Source: Phoronis australis
Taxonomy: Eukaryota > Animalia > Phoronida
Length of the DNA: 64,000 nucleotides
Reading direction: 5' to 3'
NCBI GenBank assembly: GCA_002633005.1
Contig: NMRA01000222.1
Span: forward strand, 525,635-589,634
The notes beneath the pieces were generated by a model that was not told the DNA's origin, did not search any database, and was given only the letters and a program-made list of their open reading frames with translations. Of this stretch, positions 49,863 through 62,331 are shown one piece after another. Within the stretch, counting starts at the first letter, position 1. Every line of letters begins with the position of its first letter. A program made the translations under genes and the position numbers.

Positions 49863-52797
49863 GGGGCTATTCGGAAAATTTACAGTAACTAGAGAGCGCG
49901 CGTTTACTAGTGGTGATAGATTAACAGCCTCGAATTCGCGAGCCCTTTAAATACATTTAAAAAGTAATATATCTCGTAGACGGGACAACTGAATCTGAGA
50001 TTGCGTGAAAAGGGTGCTTCTATCAGAGAGTAAGCACGACCTTATACAACGGTAAGGTTTGTGATTATCTTAACGATTATTCCATGTTTATTCTACTGAT
50101 GCCTGTTAACTCAGATACTCGCCGATGTCTACTTCGCGGCAGTCGCCAGTCGGGTTAATCTTTGTTTGTGTGATGCGTGTTACGATACTTGACGTAGCAC
50201 TCGGGATCTTTTCGTACATCAAAGCAGTATTATTGTTTGGAATGATTTCTAACAGGTTTATCTGTAGCAGTTACACCAATGAAAGCTGAATGTTTAATTC
50301 GATATTGGTTAGTGAGTTAAAGATTACAATCCATGCCCAATGCCATAGCAAAGGGTACGTGACAAATATCCATTAGACTACATGTATTTGTTTACTCCCT
50401 ATCCTATGTCTTTCGGAAATCCATTACAAGTTGAAATGAAACTCTATCATGTCTATTTTCACGTGACCTTTGTTTTCAGGTTTGAAGGCTTGTATCGCGC
50501 AGAGGAGATGTGCATCGCTTCTGCATCGACCCTGAATGGACAAAAAATGGTTTTAAGTAGTTAACTGAAGCTAACCAGCAAGATCTTCACATCCAGTGTA
50601 GATCTGTTGTTAAAGCCTACTTTTTTTCATCGGAGACAACGAACAAGCTTTGTTACTCATTTCTCTTCCCACAGCATTTCCACACACCAGTAGTGCTGAA
50701 TGGCACAATGTACATGCCAGTGGCTCTGGTGAAATGTGAATCGCAGTACGAAGTTACCATAAGACAACGTGCCTGTGGATTGTTTGTGTATGAAGAGGAC
50801 CTATATCTGACTGCTACACAAGTTAGCCTCGTTAGTGAGGATGCCCATTCATAGGCAATAAATCATGTGTGGACAATAGCTTATTTCCTTTCCTGGAAGA
50901 AACATGCTGGATTGAAGCTGAAGAAGACGTAGGGACACTCTGGTCTAGTTCAGGGTCAGATTTTGGGCACAAAACGAGTCAAGTGATATGCTGTTGTGTT
51001 TACCTTAAAGGATCTAATTGAGGCTGAATGAGGCTACCTGGAGGAAAGCCACGTGTCGAAACTGGACCTTTTTACAAGCGCTTCCATTGTCTGTTGAAAC
51101 TAGATCTCTGTGAAATGAAAACCAAAAGCATCTGGTATAGATACCTCTCCTTTCTCACTGAGTGACATTAACTTTTCCTTTCAGAAGAAAGGCTTTATAC
51201 TAATGGTAAAAACTCTTCAATGTGGTGCACATTATGGGGAAATGACATTGAGTGACTGCGTCGATTGTCTTATTGTCAGTAGAAAGCTTGTTAATGCTAC
51301 ACTTTGATGATCGAATAAATGTTCCATCAACAGGCAAGTTTGTCACTAATTATTGAAACCACAATATTTCTTCAGTTATAAAGCGCCACAGAGTGCAGTT
51401 GTGCTTATTCTTTATAAAGCTGAAATGATTAGCGATTACGCGTGCGAATTGTCATTTTCCTGCTGACCTCTAGAAATGTGCAGCGATCAAAATAAAGTAT
51501 TCCCTTTGTTTGAATTTGATTTGTTTGTGTGTGTAATTTTTTTAAGAGTTTTCTTAAGAAGGCCTTTGAACAATTTTAAGTATTGTGTTAACTTATCCAC
51601 AACAAAAGTTCCACATGCAAGAAAAGTATATAAAGAAACAACATTGTTAAAAACAATAATTTTCCCACGAAATGGAGTTCATAATCAGGCATACATGTAT
51701 CAAGGACTGAATTTCTGAACTAGGTTCAATTCTCTCAGGTTATTGCTGAAAGATTGCTTTTCACTTTGTCCAAAGGTAAAATAGACGGCCAGGCGGCTGG
51801 TTTCAGGCGTTTTCTGTCACCTGTAACAGAATAGTCAGAGAAACATTAGCAAATTATAAAAGAAAACACAAGAGAAAATTACTTTAGTAAGGCAGAACAT
51901 ACTTGACGTTTAATTTTCATGTTTACATGTATATGTAGAAACTAATAATCTTTGTACCCAAGTCTTCTTTAAGATCTGAATTAAACTATGTGAAACAGGC
52001 TAAAAGTGATTTAATAATGTGTATTTTTCACGACACCTTTAATGTGCATCTGACCTCAACAAGTAAACTTCATTCTAGGTGTCAATTATTATTCCAGTGC
52101 AATGTTATGACCTTTACTGAATAGCTTACTCATGCTAATTCGGTTACTAATCTGATAGTCCTGGGAGTGGGGTCCGCTATATAATACATGTAAGGAAACT
52201 CACTCGTCTAGAGAATTTTATAGCAAAGCTTTGAAGAGAAACTGCTGTGAAAAAGTCACCCTTGACTTCTGAGCGTCACGTACCATACACCTCTTATACT
52301 GGGCGCATTCTCACCCCTGGAGGACAATATGTGAATATGTGCTGCTAGCCTATCCGGCATCCGAGTCCCGGGTGAGTTTCCGAAAAGAAACACTTAGTTC
52401 CATTCAATAAACCCGTTATTCAGTGGGATATCTGGTGGGGATAACATCACCGAACGATTTCGATAGAAACTTGATTGCTAAAATCTTACAATTAACGTTA
52501 TGTAGTCTCCCAATGGGGCTTCGGCATCCACACACTTTTGTCAGTTGGTTGACCCTTTTGTCCGCAATTCTCCACGAATGTACATGTAGTAACCTTAGAT
52601 CCTTTGGTAATTTGCGACCACCTGTCGAAGACTTGCACCACGGAAAATAGCAATAATAAGGCTTTGTGCGACGACGTATTTTGAGTCAACAATCCGTCTT
52701 TTTACCAGCTGTTTACATGCAGACAGCGACGCATGCGCAATTCAATTACCACTAGACAGTACAGCAGCGACACCGCGAGAACTCTCCGAATAGCCCC
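49863..52797. mobile_element. ISL2EU-like DNA transposon relic (THAP + YqaJ remnants)
   Basis: TIR GGGGCTATTCGGA with AT flanks (49861-49862 / 52798-52799); + strand YqaJ-like remnant CGLFV…YL…LVQGQIL.T.R…VVFT.KD (~50770-51020); - strand THAP-like remnant YC.FPWC…LPKD…W…KVCG…DVIPT.YP (~52420-52660). Confidence 0.7.
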
Positions 52798-55700
52798 ATT
52801 GCTGCAAAACCCCATCGCCACAAAATTTAGTCTTTTCACCAGCATTTTTAAAATCAGGGTGTCAGTCAAGAAATCATTTTATTTCGAATTTGACTTCCCC
52901 TTCCACATCAATTTCTGCTCCCTAAAGTACATCAGGAGTATTCTCCACGTGGCAAATTGCATTTAAATTGGAGAGCAGTTGCTTGATCACAGATGACTGA
53001 GAATTCATGATAAAATGAGTCAATAACACAAGACCAGTCCAGGAGATACAACATTTTTCCAAGGTTATTTTTATCACACTCCGTGATACTTGAAAGATGA
53101 ACATCACATAGGCGGATTTAGGGGGGCAGGGGATCTCCCCCCTTTCGCTGCAGCAAAAAGAATAAATCAGCAAGAGGTTAATGAATTATTGAGTTCATTA
53201 ATTAACCCGGGTAATTAATATGCGGCTGACGGGGGGGGGGGGCTCAGACCCCATTGCAAGTGCCCGACTCAAACGACCTGGGCAATCATTTTCCATTTTT
53301 TTTAGTCTTCCGATTGCTTTTTAGTAGAAGGTCCTGTAAATCGATCCCCCCTAGCTTTCAGGCTGGGTGCGCGCATGCAATCGTGCTTTCCGCAATTGCC
53401 CAAGACAAAATGTTGTCCCCCCTTATGATATCCTAGATCCGCTACTGCAAGCCTTCATTAATCCTTCATGTGAAAGATTCACGTGCAGGCCCAAACTGCC
53501 GCAACGGCACACAGCCTCCATGGAGGCTAGTTCTTGGCGGGAACTCTTTACTGAAATACGGTTTAACGAAACAGGCTCTGATTTTGCATATCATAAAATC
53601 TACGCTGAAGGATATTATTTGAGGTACTGGCCTACCCAGATAGCCAGAGCAGTGCATAAGCAACACAAGGGAATACGATATAGACGCTCCAACACAGCAC
53701 GTGCTGTAAAATAAGTGAAGTGGACTCATGACCGCAAAGCATTGGAACAAGGAAGGCAAGGACTATAATAGCTGCATTAACTAGGCGCCTGCGTTGAACA
53801 CTGTGTAAGTATTCTCGCGGTGATGTAGGTGAATTTAAAGAAAATCTCTTTAAATTAGGCCTACACAACCTGGATAAGAATAATGAACAAGCAAGGATAC
53901 ATCTTGCTTGTTGCACAGTGAACAAGTAAGCAACCAACAGAATATTGATGAAAATTCGCCAATTTGAAACACAGTTACCGTAGTTTATAAATGGAACAAT
54001 GCCAGGCAAGAGCCATGATTGATTATATACATGTAAACGCGTATGCCTTAGGAACCAATTCCGTGACATCTCTTTTACAATTCAGACACGGATTCAGCTT
54101 TTCCGAAGAATTTGTTTAAGTACAAAGATATCTCCATGGAAGAAATAAGATGTGTTCTGCCCATTATGTTGACTTGCGCATTTTATGGATGACGTAAGCA
54201 AAATGTGTGTTCATGACCTCATCCGCAAAGGGGCCTCCCGTTTGTGGATCAGCGGCAGAAGCGTGGTTCGGGTATGTTGACTGAACCTCGCCGAATTTCT
54301 TGTAATGTAGTGATTTGTTTGTTTCATGTATAAAATAAAATGTCAGTACAACGCAGTACTCCTTGTTTTAGTTATGTGAACTGTAATTACATCTGAAATA
54401 GTCACGTAATTGTGCTGATCTCAGTTGCGCATTGTGAACGACTGTTCGCAAACACAAACAATTTACTGTACGTGATTTCAGAGAAACAATTTTAGATTCT
54501 GTTTTTCCTCGTCTTGTTTATTTGCTGGGACCCAAATGGTGTGTGCAAGTATGCAGGAGTTCTTGTGCATAATTTTTGAGATGGCTTTTTATCCAGAATT
54601 GTGTGAGGTTTGATCAGGAATAACTCTCCTACATTTTAATTGAATTTAATTCGTTTCTTCGTGTTTTCAATGTATTTATACAATATCAGCTGGTCAGGCC
54701 CCTTAGATGGCTTGGTTCCTGCTGGTTTTAACTTTTATCTGTATAGTTGTTTTCTATTATTGTGATTAGTTAGGTTATGCAAATGAGCCTACACCGTGAA
54801 TACACGGGCAATTTCCTTTCTGAAGCCGGTTTGTTTCTGAAATATACAAGAAAATTGTGCTGAGGGAAGACTGAGTTTAGGACAAGATAGCCAGTGTTGC
54901 CAGTAACGTGGTTTGGTGGCAAGAACATCCGTCGTCTGATTGTTCCAGAGATGGATGTTGCTGACACGCTGTCTGTTCTCAAGGAAGGTAAGAAAACGTG
55001 GTAAAACTTAAATTATAGTTGCCGGGTCCCTATTCAGACCCTATTCAATCCTTCATATCTCCCCAAAATTTATTACACATGGATGATATCAGGAAGAGAT
55101 AACCAGGAAGGGACAACTAACTAAACCGCCGTTTTTGGTCTCCTTCCCCGGACTAATTTCAGGAGTTAAGTTTCATTTAAAAGAAAACAGATAATTTCAT
55201 CAGAGAGAGTAAAGCTTTTTCTATATAAGGATCTCAAAAAACTCACTTTGCAACCTTAAACAGTGGTGTAATTTTACTTGTAAAATATCGAATTCAGCGC
55301 ACGCAATCGCAATTTTCCACACGCAGTCAAGAGTATTTAAGCTTTTCCGTCGATGTATAGATGGCGCAGTAGTCAAGTCCTCCTTCATTAGAATATCAAA
55401 TTTGTATGCTGTAAATGGGAGTTTTCGAGATTCTCGTCAGTTGTTACATCGAAATGGCGTCCTTACGTGAGATTGTGACAAAAGAATCTCGTTGTGACGG
55501 ATCTTATCCAGCAAGGAACCTTCTGTGGGACACGTTTAATTGTCTCGGCTCCGTTTAGTGAAGTATTATTTGAGGAGTTGTCCGACCTCTTTCATGAACC
55601 AAAGCGGAATATTGCGTATCGAATAGCCAGGAAACGGGTGACGAAGAGCCAGGCCGACGTAGTGTTTCGCCCACTGAGTGAGGTCATGCTCTGCGTGAGA

Positions 55701-58439
55701 GAAAGTTCACAGAAAATTTAATCGGCCATATGGTGCTACTACAGTTGGACTTGAGGAGTAAATATGACACTGACTTGCAGCGCAGTGCAGTGTGCAATCC
55801 TGCTACGCGAGTCCTCTGACTTCGTCACCGTGTCCCCAGCTGCTGATGCTACTGCTAGTACCAGTGTAGCCACTACCAGCCAGCACTGAAAGCACCAGAG
55901 TCGAAAGTAGACAGATTTTATTCCCGGCCTCAGTATAATTAGTCATATCTCTGGACTCCCACCACTGCCTGATTGGGGTTTACACGTACTGGCAAGTGGT
56001 TGTATTGGAGAGATGTTATTGTTTCGTATATACAAGAAGAACAGGGGTGATGCATCATACAATCAGAAAAGAAAAATTCTTGCTGCTATGACCATTCTGC
56101 AGATGACAAAAAAGTAAGTTTTATTTTGATATCCTAAGAATAAAAACATGGAATTGGGAGTTATAAAATTCATGTCCTTTGTTTTGTATCAGTGGTCACA
56201 TGACTGCACCTAATTCTCATCAATTCATGTTACTGTTAAAACTGAATTGTTGCAAACTTTCCTCAGTTCACCCTAATGACCCTCATTGCAAAGCAGGTGA
56301 CTTTCTCATTGATTGAAAGCAGAACGATGTCCATGATTACTTTCCCAATAGAACATAATGCGGCGAATCACAGGTTTCTTTTGATATCGGGATAAGCTGA
56401 ACATGGACATATTTTAAAGATGTCATGTCTCATTAAAACCGTGAAGATTTGTATTTTAGCAACCGCCACCTACTGACTTCTTGGAAAACTGTGTGCACAG
56501 AAAAAGAAACGATTGGTAAATAATTTAAAATAGTAAAACCAGTAAAACTAAAACGACGAGCGTCGGTACTAAAATATGTTTCGAGCGATGCGCTCTTTGT
56601 CAAGAGTGTGCTACAGACTGCTGAGTACATGTAGATGGATCTAAAATAAAATGGCACAGGAGACCACATAGTGACATACAACAGAAAATTTGATGTTTCA
56701 AAGAAAACACTGCAACTGAAAGCTTGAAAAAAGCGAACATACAAAACCCCAGTAATTTCAAATATAATGTAATTGTTATTTGATAATGAAATAAACAAAT
56801 ATAAAAAACTGTGCCTTGTTTCACTTGGGCAACAATGAAATTTGCATAAAAATAGTCTCGAAAAATGAGACTTTCGTGATGTTGTAATTGTAACTGGTTG
56901 TCGTATGGTTTCCGGTAAATTGATATTGGAAGACCCGGGGTAGTTTGTAAATTAGTACTTCATTTCCATATTCACTATTTAATGAGACGATGTATCTTTT
57001 AAGTATGTAGTTCGATTTGTTTGTACCAAAACTAAAATTGACATGTAACTTTTCTTTGAATTGCATATGTAAGTACTAAGTACTAAAATAGACAAAGGAT
57101 ACGTACACAACAAATCACCCATTTAAGTGCATGACTTGACTTTAAGTGAAGCATGCTAACACATGAATATGCATTCAGGATGAAAGGACCTTAAAGATAT
57201 TTTATTTATTGAAAAAGTACACTGTTCCCAATGAATGGATTTTCAGTTTTACTTGTACAGTATTAGTTCAGTGTTGTTCTTGTGATTTCCTAACTTCAGT
57301 TTTGCTATCTAGGCTTGGCATCCCTCTTCCAGTACAGCAGAAGTGCAGAAAAAGAGGTAATTTACCGTACCTACACCATTCATTGCCATTTCTGGACACG
57401 CTGGATAATTCCATACGAGAAGAGTTCGTTGGTAACCACAGACACAAAATCGTAAAGAGGAGCATATGACAGATTTAAAATAAGAGAACTAATAATGCCA
57501 CAATTCAACCTTTCCATGCTTCCTTATCCTAGATTATCTGAGACTAAGTGGTAAAATAGTGAACATATACATTCACTATAATATCAAGCCTGTCACAGTA
57601 GTGCTTGATTTAGGAATGAGATGTAAAGTTTTTGGGTTTCCAGGTAGTGCTAGATTTCGAAATAACCTGTAATATTCACTAGTCCTGCTTTTGGGTCCAA
57701 ATCGTGTTGCCGATACATCATCACTAAACATCCTAATTGTGTGCTTCTGGAGACCCTTCACACACTTTTTGCCATGTTTTCCTTTGCAGATTATACAATC
57801 CAAGGTAAAAAATGATATAGAGTTGGTGACAATGGGTGTGACAATTACAAAGTCAAGACCGACAAAGTCATCCTACGTTTTTGATTAGCGACTTTGTAAG
57901 AACAATTCTTGTCGTAAATATACTAATGCACGTATTGGTGGTTTCCTCAGAGGAGAGGCAGGTAGAAGCTTTGAAGGCAGAAGTATGCGAACAAAAGGCG
58001 ACGTGGGATTGCGTGATAAACTTTATCGGAAGGTAGCATTTTATAAAACGTAAATTAAATTAATGTACATCATATCATTTGGTCTAATTGTACAAACAAT
58101 TTTCGGTGATCTGTTTCTAAATTTGTGTAGCAATTGTCCTTGTAGTGTTGTACAGCACAATAGAATACACATGTACTTTAAGAGTTATTGTTGTTGCATT
58201 TTCTAGATATATGAACATCACTACCATTATGATATCACATAAACTTAGCTAATGTTAAACAACAAAATCAGTCAACATAATGCGAAGTACACCAATAATA
58301 TTTGCACACAGAGAGGTGCTATTCGAACAAACAGATGCACTTGTTAAATACTTGTAACAGTCGTATCATATTCAGAACACTGGTAGGCATGTTACTACTG
58401 TGACTATGTCATTTGAATCAGTACGTTGTTGTGTCCCTC

Positions 58440-58850
58440 TGTCCTTTTTTTTTGCTTTTTCCTGAGTAGAATCTCATGGGTTGCAACAGTACCCCTGACC
58501 TCTCTCTCTGCAGTTTCTTTGTCCATACATCTGGAAAATTTACTGGTGTCCGCTTTCTACTTGGTACTTGTACTGGCTAAAAAAAGTTTCAACAGCACTG
58601 CCCTTCAACTGCAGTGGAGAAATGTAGTAGCCTGGATGTCTGGTTAGGTAATTCTGGCACAAGGCTTTGAATGAGAATACACGATTTTTAGAAGATTGTA
58701 GGTCTGAAAGGAAACAACGAATACATTCTTCTATTTGCTGTTGCATTGTGCAACCTCCAGCAGCGTCCTCAAATTGGACATTACACAGGCTGAAGTGTGC
58801 ATAACTTCCTGATGCTTTACACATGTTGCAGTAATTGCAGCTATCCTCTG
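58440..58850 (-). pseudogene. Degenerate transposase C-terminus (P-element-like DDE, tentative)
   Basis: FKALCQNYLTRHPGYYISPLQLKGSAVETFFSQYK resembles the Y…S..VE.FF final-Glu region of P-like transposases; frameshifted. Confidence 0.4.
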
Positions 58851-59984
58851 GAATTCAAAAAAGGCAAGGTTGCCTGTACGTAATTTAAGGAAAAACAGTA
58901 GCTTGTACATTAGCAATTTTCACTTGTAGAATGGTTTTTGTTTTCTGAGGTCAGGTTTATGTATATCTGAATTTGTGCCTTATCTCTGTGATTTCTAGGC
59001 CAAATTACTGAGAAACAATGTGCATATGAACTTGATGGAAATTGTCTTATGTTTTTAAGAACAAGTTTTGTAGCGAAAATGATCCGCCATATCCAGTAAG
59101 TATCGTGACATGATTCTTTTCGAGCTTACGAGGTATGTCATTAGTGCAAAGGTCACCTAATTGCTGAATCTTTTGGTTTCACATTTACAAGTTGTCAGCG
59201 AATACATCTGCACTTTGTTTATATTCAAAAAGCACTAATTTGTTGTTTAGTTTCTGTAACACATTAGCAAACTTAGGAGCATGCGATTACATCTTTGAGA
59301 GGTTTAAAAAAAATTTGCGACCAGGATATTCATCAGAAGAAATGAGCACTAGTGTACCTCCTTGAACCTATTTTAATAAGCCACCCATTACTTATTGTGT
59401 AAACTTTTGAAGTATAATCTGACTGGAATAAAGTGACTCGTTTGAAAATCTGACTCAAAGGGTAGCTTGAATTCAATACCAGAGAGGCTCACAGAATGAA
59501 TACTCAAAAGAAATACCCACTGAAGAAGCAGGCATTTATTTCTTATTCGAAGCAAATGTGTCTAAACAGTAATAGAATTGTGAAAAAGAAACCTATGTCA
59601 ATATAAAATTTAGAGAAAACGATAGCCTGTCAATTCAGGCCCGAAATCGACAAAAACCCTTCCCAAATCGTTGTCAAAATTGCTGAAAACCACCCTTTTA
59701 ATCGACACGTCACCCACCCACACCATGGAATGTCATTCAGATACTGAATGACCCTTGTTCTAAAAACAAGGTTTTGTAAGAAGCCTTTGGTTATCAAACC
59801 ATATATCACAATAACAAAATAGATACCAGCATAGACCTATTTCAATAAGCCACATATTATTTAATATGATTATGTGTATTGTATTTCCATTTTCATTTTG
59901 GGTTACAAAGTGAGTCTTTGTTTTAAAGTGATCCGAGATCACTTGAAAAACATACTTCAGAATCGAGCACCAGTGGATAAACCG

Positions 59985-62331
59985 GTGACCTGCCGCTGAA
60001 AGCACGGGCTGATACCACAGCTAACACTCGATCGCTTCGCAATCAGGAGGTGGAAACACTCCCATGACCGCAGTTCTAAATTCCAGCAAAGCATGCCCTA
60101 TTTCGAGTTGCGGACTTTGAATTGTTTTCATCCCCTGACAGTTGGTTGCAGAGAAGTTTAGAACGTGATCAACATCGAACTTTCTGCGGCATTTATCTTT
60201 ATTTTCGTTGCAGTATACACTTTATTACAATACATGGATATGTTAAATAACTTTGGTGGTATTAATGTCAATAGTTTTGTTCATTTGCTTGGTGATAAAA
60301 ATGATGAGATTGGGTCTGGTGCACTCGAGTCCTCTCCCTATTATGATAGTGATTCATTCAGAGCTTTTGCTCTTAAACACAAAGATGACTTTTGTATGTT
60401 ATCTTTAAACATACAAAGTATCCGAGCTAAGTTTGATGGCCTGTTCCTGTTTCTCCGTCAACTGTCCCAGTTGAATTTTCATTTTAGTGTAATTTGTTTG
60501 CAGGAAACTTGGCTTGATGATGATGCTGACCTCTCATTGTTTCAAATTGATAATTACTCTTGNNNNNNNNNNNNNNNNNNNNNNNNNNNNNNNNNNNNNN
60601 NNNNNNNNNNNNNNNNNNNNNNNNNNNNNNNNNNNNNNNNNNNNNNNNNNNNNNNNNNNNNNNNNNNNNNNNNNNNNNNNNNNNNNNNNNNNNNNNNNNN
60701 NNNNNNNNNNNNNNNNNNNNNNNNNNNNNNNNNNNNNNNNNNNNNNNNNNNNNNNNNNNNNNNNNNNNNNNNNNNNNNNNNNNNNNNNNNNNNNNNNNNN
60801 NNNNNNNNNNNNNNNNNNNNNNNNNNNNNNNNNNNNNNNNNNNNNNNNNNNNNNNNNNNNNNNNNNNNNNNNNNNNNNNNNNNNNNNNNNNNNNNNNNNN
60901 NNNNNNNNNNNNNNNNNNNNNNNNNNNNNNNNNNNNNNNNNNNNNNNNNNNNNNNNNNNNNNNNNNNNNNNNNNNNNNNNNNNNNNNNNNNNNNNNNNNN
61001 NNNNNNNNNNNNNNNNNNNNNNNNNNNNNNNNNNNNNNNNNNNNNNNNNNNNNNNNNNNNNNNNNNNNNNNNNNNNNNNNNNNNNNNNNNNNNNNNNNNN
61101 NNNNNNNNNNNNNNNNNNNNNNNNNNNNNNNNNNNNNNNNNNNNNNNNNNNNNNNNNNNNNNNNNNNNNNNNNNNNNNNNNNNNNNNNNNNNNNNNNNNN
61201 NNNNNNNNNNNNNNNNNNNNNNNNNNNNNNNNNNNNNNNNNNNNNNNNNNNNNNNNNNNNNNNNNNNNNNNAATGAGTCACGCATGTTTTGTGCGGAGCT
61301 GGAGAAAATTCAGTCTTGGTTAAACGTAAATGGACTGGTTTTAAATGCAACTAAAACAAAATTCATGGTTTTTCATAAACCCCCAAAACGTATTGATGAT
61401 TTTTATTTAAAGTTTAATAATTTGGAAATTGAAAGAGTTCGTTCTTTCAATTTACTTGGTGTTACCATCAACGAAAACTTGTTATGGAGTCCACACATAA
61501 ACAATTTGTTGAGAAAGATAAGCAGATTCTGTGGTGTTCTTAATAACATAAAACATTTCTTGCCCTTTGAAACTTTGAAAACTATATATAATGGCCTTGT
61601 CCTTCCTCATTTTAATTATGGCATTCTGCTATGGGGGTGTGAACATCACAGAATATTTAAATTACAGAAAAAGGTTATTCGCAATATTACCTCTAGTCAT
61701 TTTAATGCCCATACAGATCCTTTATTTAAGACTACACAGTTACTCAAAATAAAGGACTTGTATGTTGTTGCTATTATTAAATTTTTCTACAAATATGTTC
61801 ATAATTACTTACCTTTATTTTTTAACACGTTCAATTTAATTACTCGTGGGTCTGTTCATGAACATTACACTAGGCAACGACATCTTTTACATACTCCCCG
61901 TTGTACTAAATCATTTGTTGAAGATTCAGTTCGAAATGCCCTACCTCATATCATTAATAACCTTCCTGAAAGTGTCTACCAAAAACTTTTTACCCATTCG
62001 TTATCCTCTGTTATAAATTATTTTAAGAATGTTTGTTTTGAAAATTATGAACTTGAGTGCACTATTCCCAACTGCTTTGTATGTAACTATTTTCGATAAT
62101 CTCTCCCAGTCTTTACACAAGTAGTTTTAAAGTACATCATCACCTAATTTTTATAGTTCTGCTTATCTGTAACGCTGTATTTTTTCTTTCTTATTCTCTG
62201 GTGGCTCCGTGGTCAGCGGACCTTTCGGGTCCTTCACGGAGTCTCCATAAGCGTAAATTTGTATCAACTGTATTTTTTGGTTTTTGACTTAAAGTGAATA
62301 AAGTGTATTACTAGTACTACTACTACTACTA
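59985..62331 (+). mobile_element. L2/CR1-group non-LTR retrotransposon (LINE), gap-interrupted
   Basis: EN-RT ORF, 3' UTR hairpin, AATAAA and (TAC)n tail at 62297-62331; 5' boundary approximate. Confidence 0.85.
60165..62099 (+). CDS. LINE ORF2 (APE endonuclease + reverse transcriptase), middle lost in N gap
   Basis: SLNIQSIRAKF…VICLQETWL (APE); WL..NGLVLNATKTKFMVF…FNLLGV…L.W..HI…YGILLWG…LQKK.IR…C…CFVC (RT C-terminus); open on both sides of the 60563-61271 gap. Confidence 0.85.
   Translation: MINIELSAAFIFIFVAVYTLLQYMDMLNNFGGINVNSFVHLLGDKNDEIGSGALESSPYYDSDSFRAFALKHKDDFCMLSLNIQSIRAKFDGLFLFLRQLSQLNFHFSVICLQETWLDDDADLSLFQIDNYSXXXXXXXXXXXXXXXXXXXXXXXXXXXXXXXXXXXXXXXXXXXXXXXXXXXXXXXXXXXXXXXXXXXXXXXXXXXXXXXXXXXXXXXXXXXXXXXXXXXXXXXXXXXXXXXXXXXXXXXXXXXXXXXXXXXXXXXXXXXXXXXXXXXXXXXXXXXXXXXXXXXXXXXXXXXXXXXXXXXXXXXXXXXXXXXXXXXXXXXXXXXXXXXXXXXXXXXXXXXXXXXXXXXXXXXXXXXXXNESRMFCAELEKIQSWLNVNGLVLNATKTKFMVFHKPPKRIDDFYLKFNNLEIERVRSFNLLGVTINENLLWSPHINNLLRKISRFCGVLNNIKHFLPFETLKTIYNGLVLPHFNYGILLWGCEHHRIFKLQKKVIRNITSSHFNAHTDPLFKTTQLLKIKDLYVVAIIKFFYKYVHNYLPLFFNTFNLITRGSVHEHYTRQRHLLHTPRCTKSFVEDSVRNALPHIINNLPESVYQKLFTHSLSSVINYFKNVCFENYELECTIPNCFVCNYFR

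Noticed and set aside
59980-60090. Twister or hammerhead ribozyme in the LINE leader (CTAACACT, CTGATA)
   Set aside because: The conserved cores (CUGANGA…GAAA with stem II; twister AAGCC pseudoknot) are not present by eye
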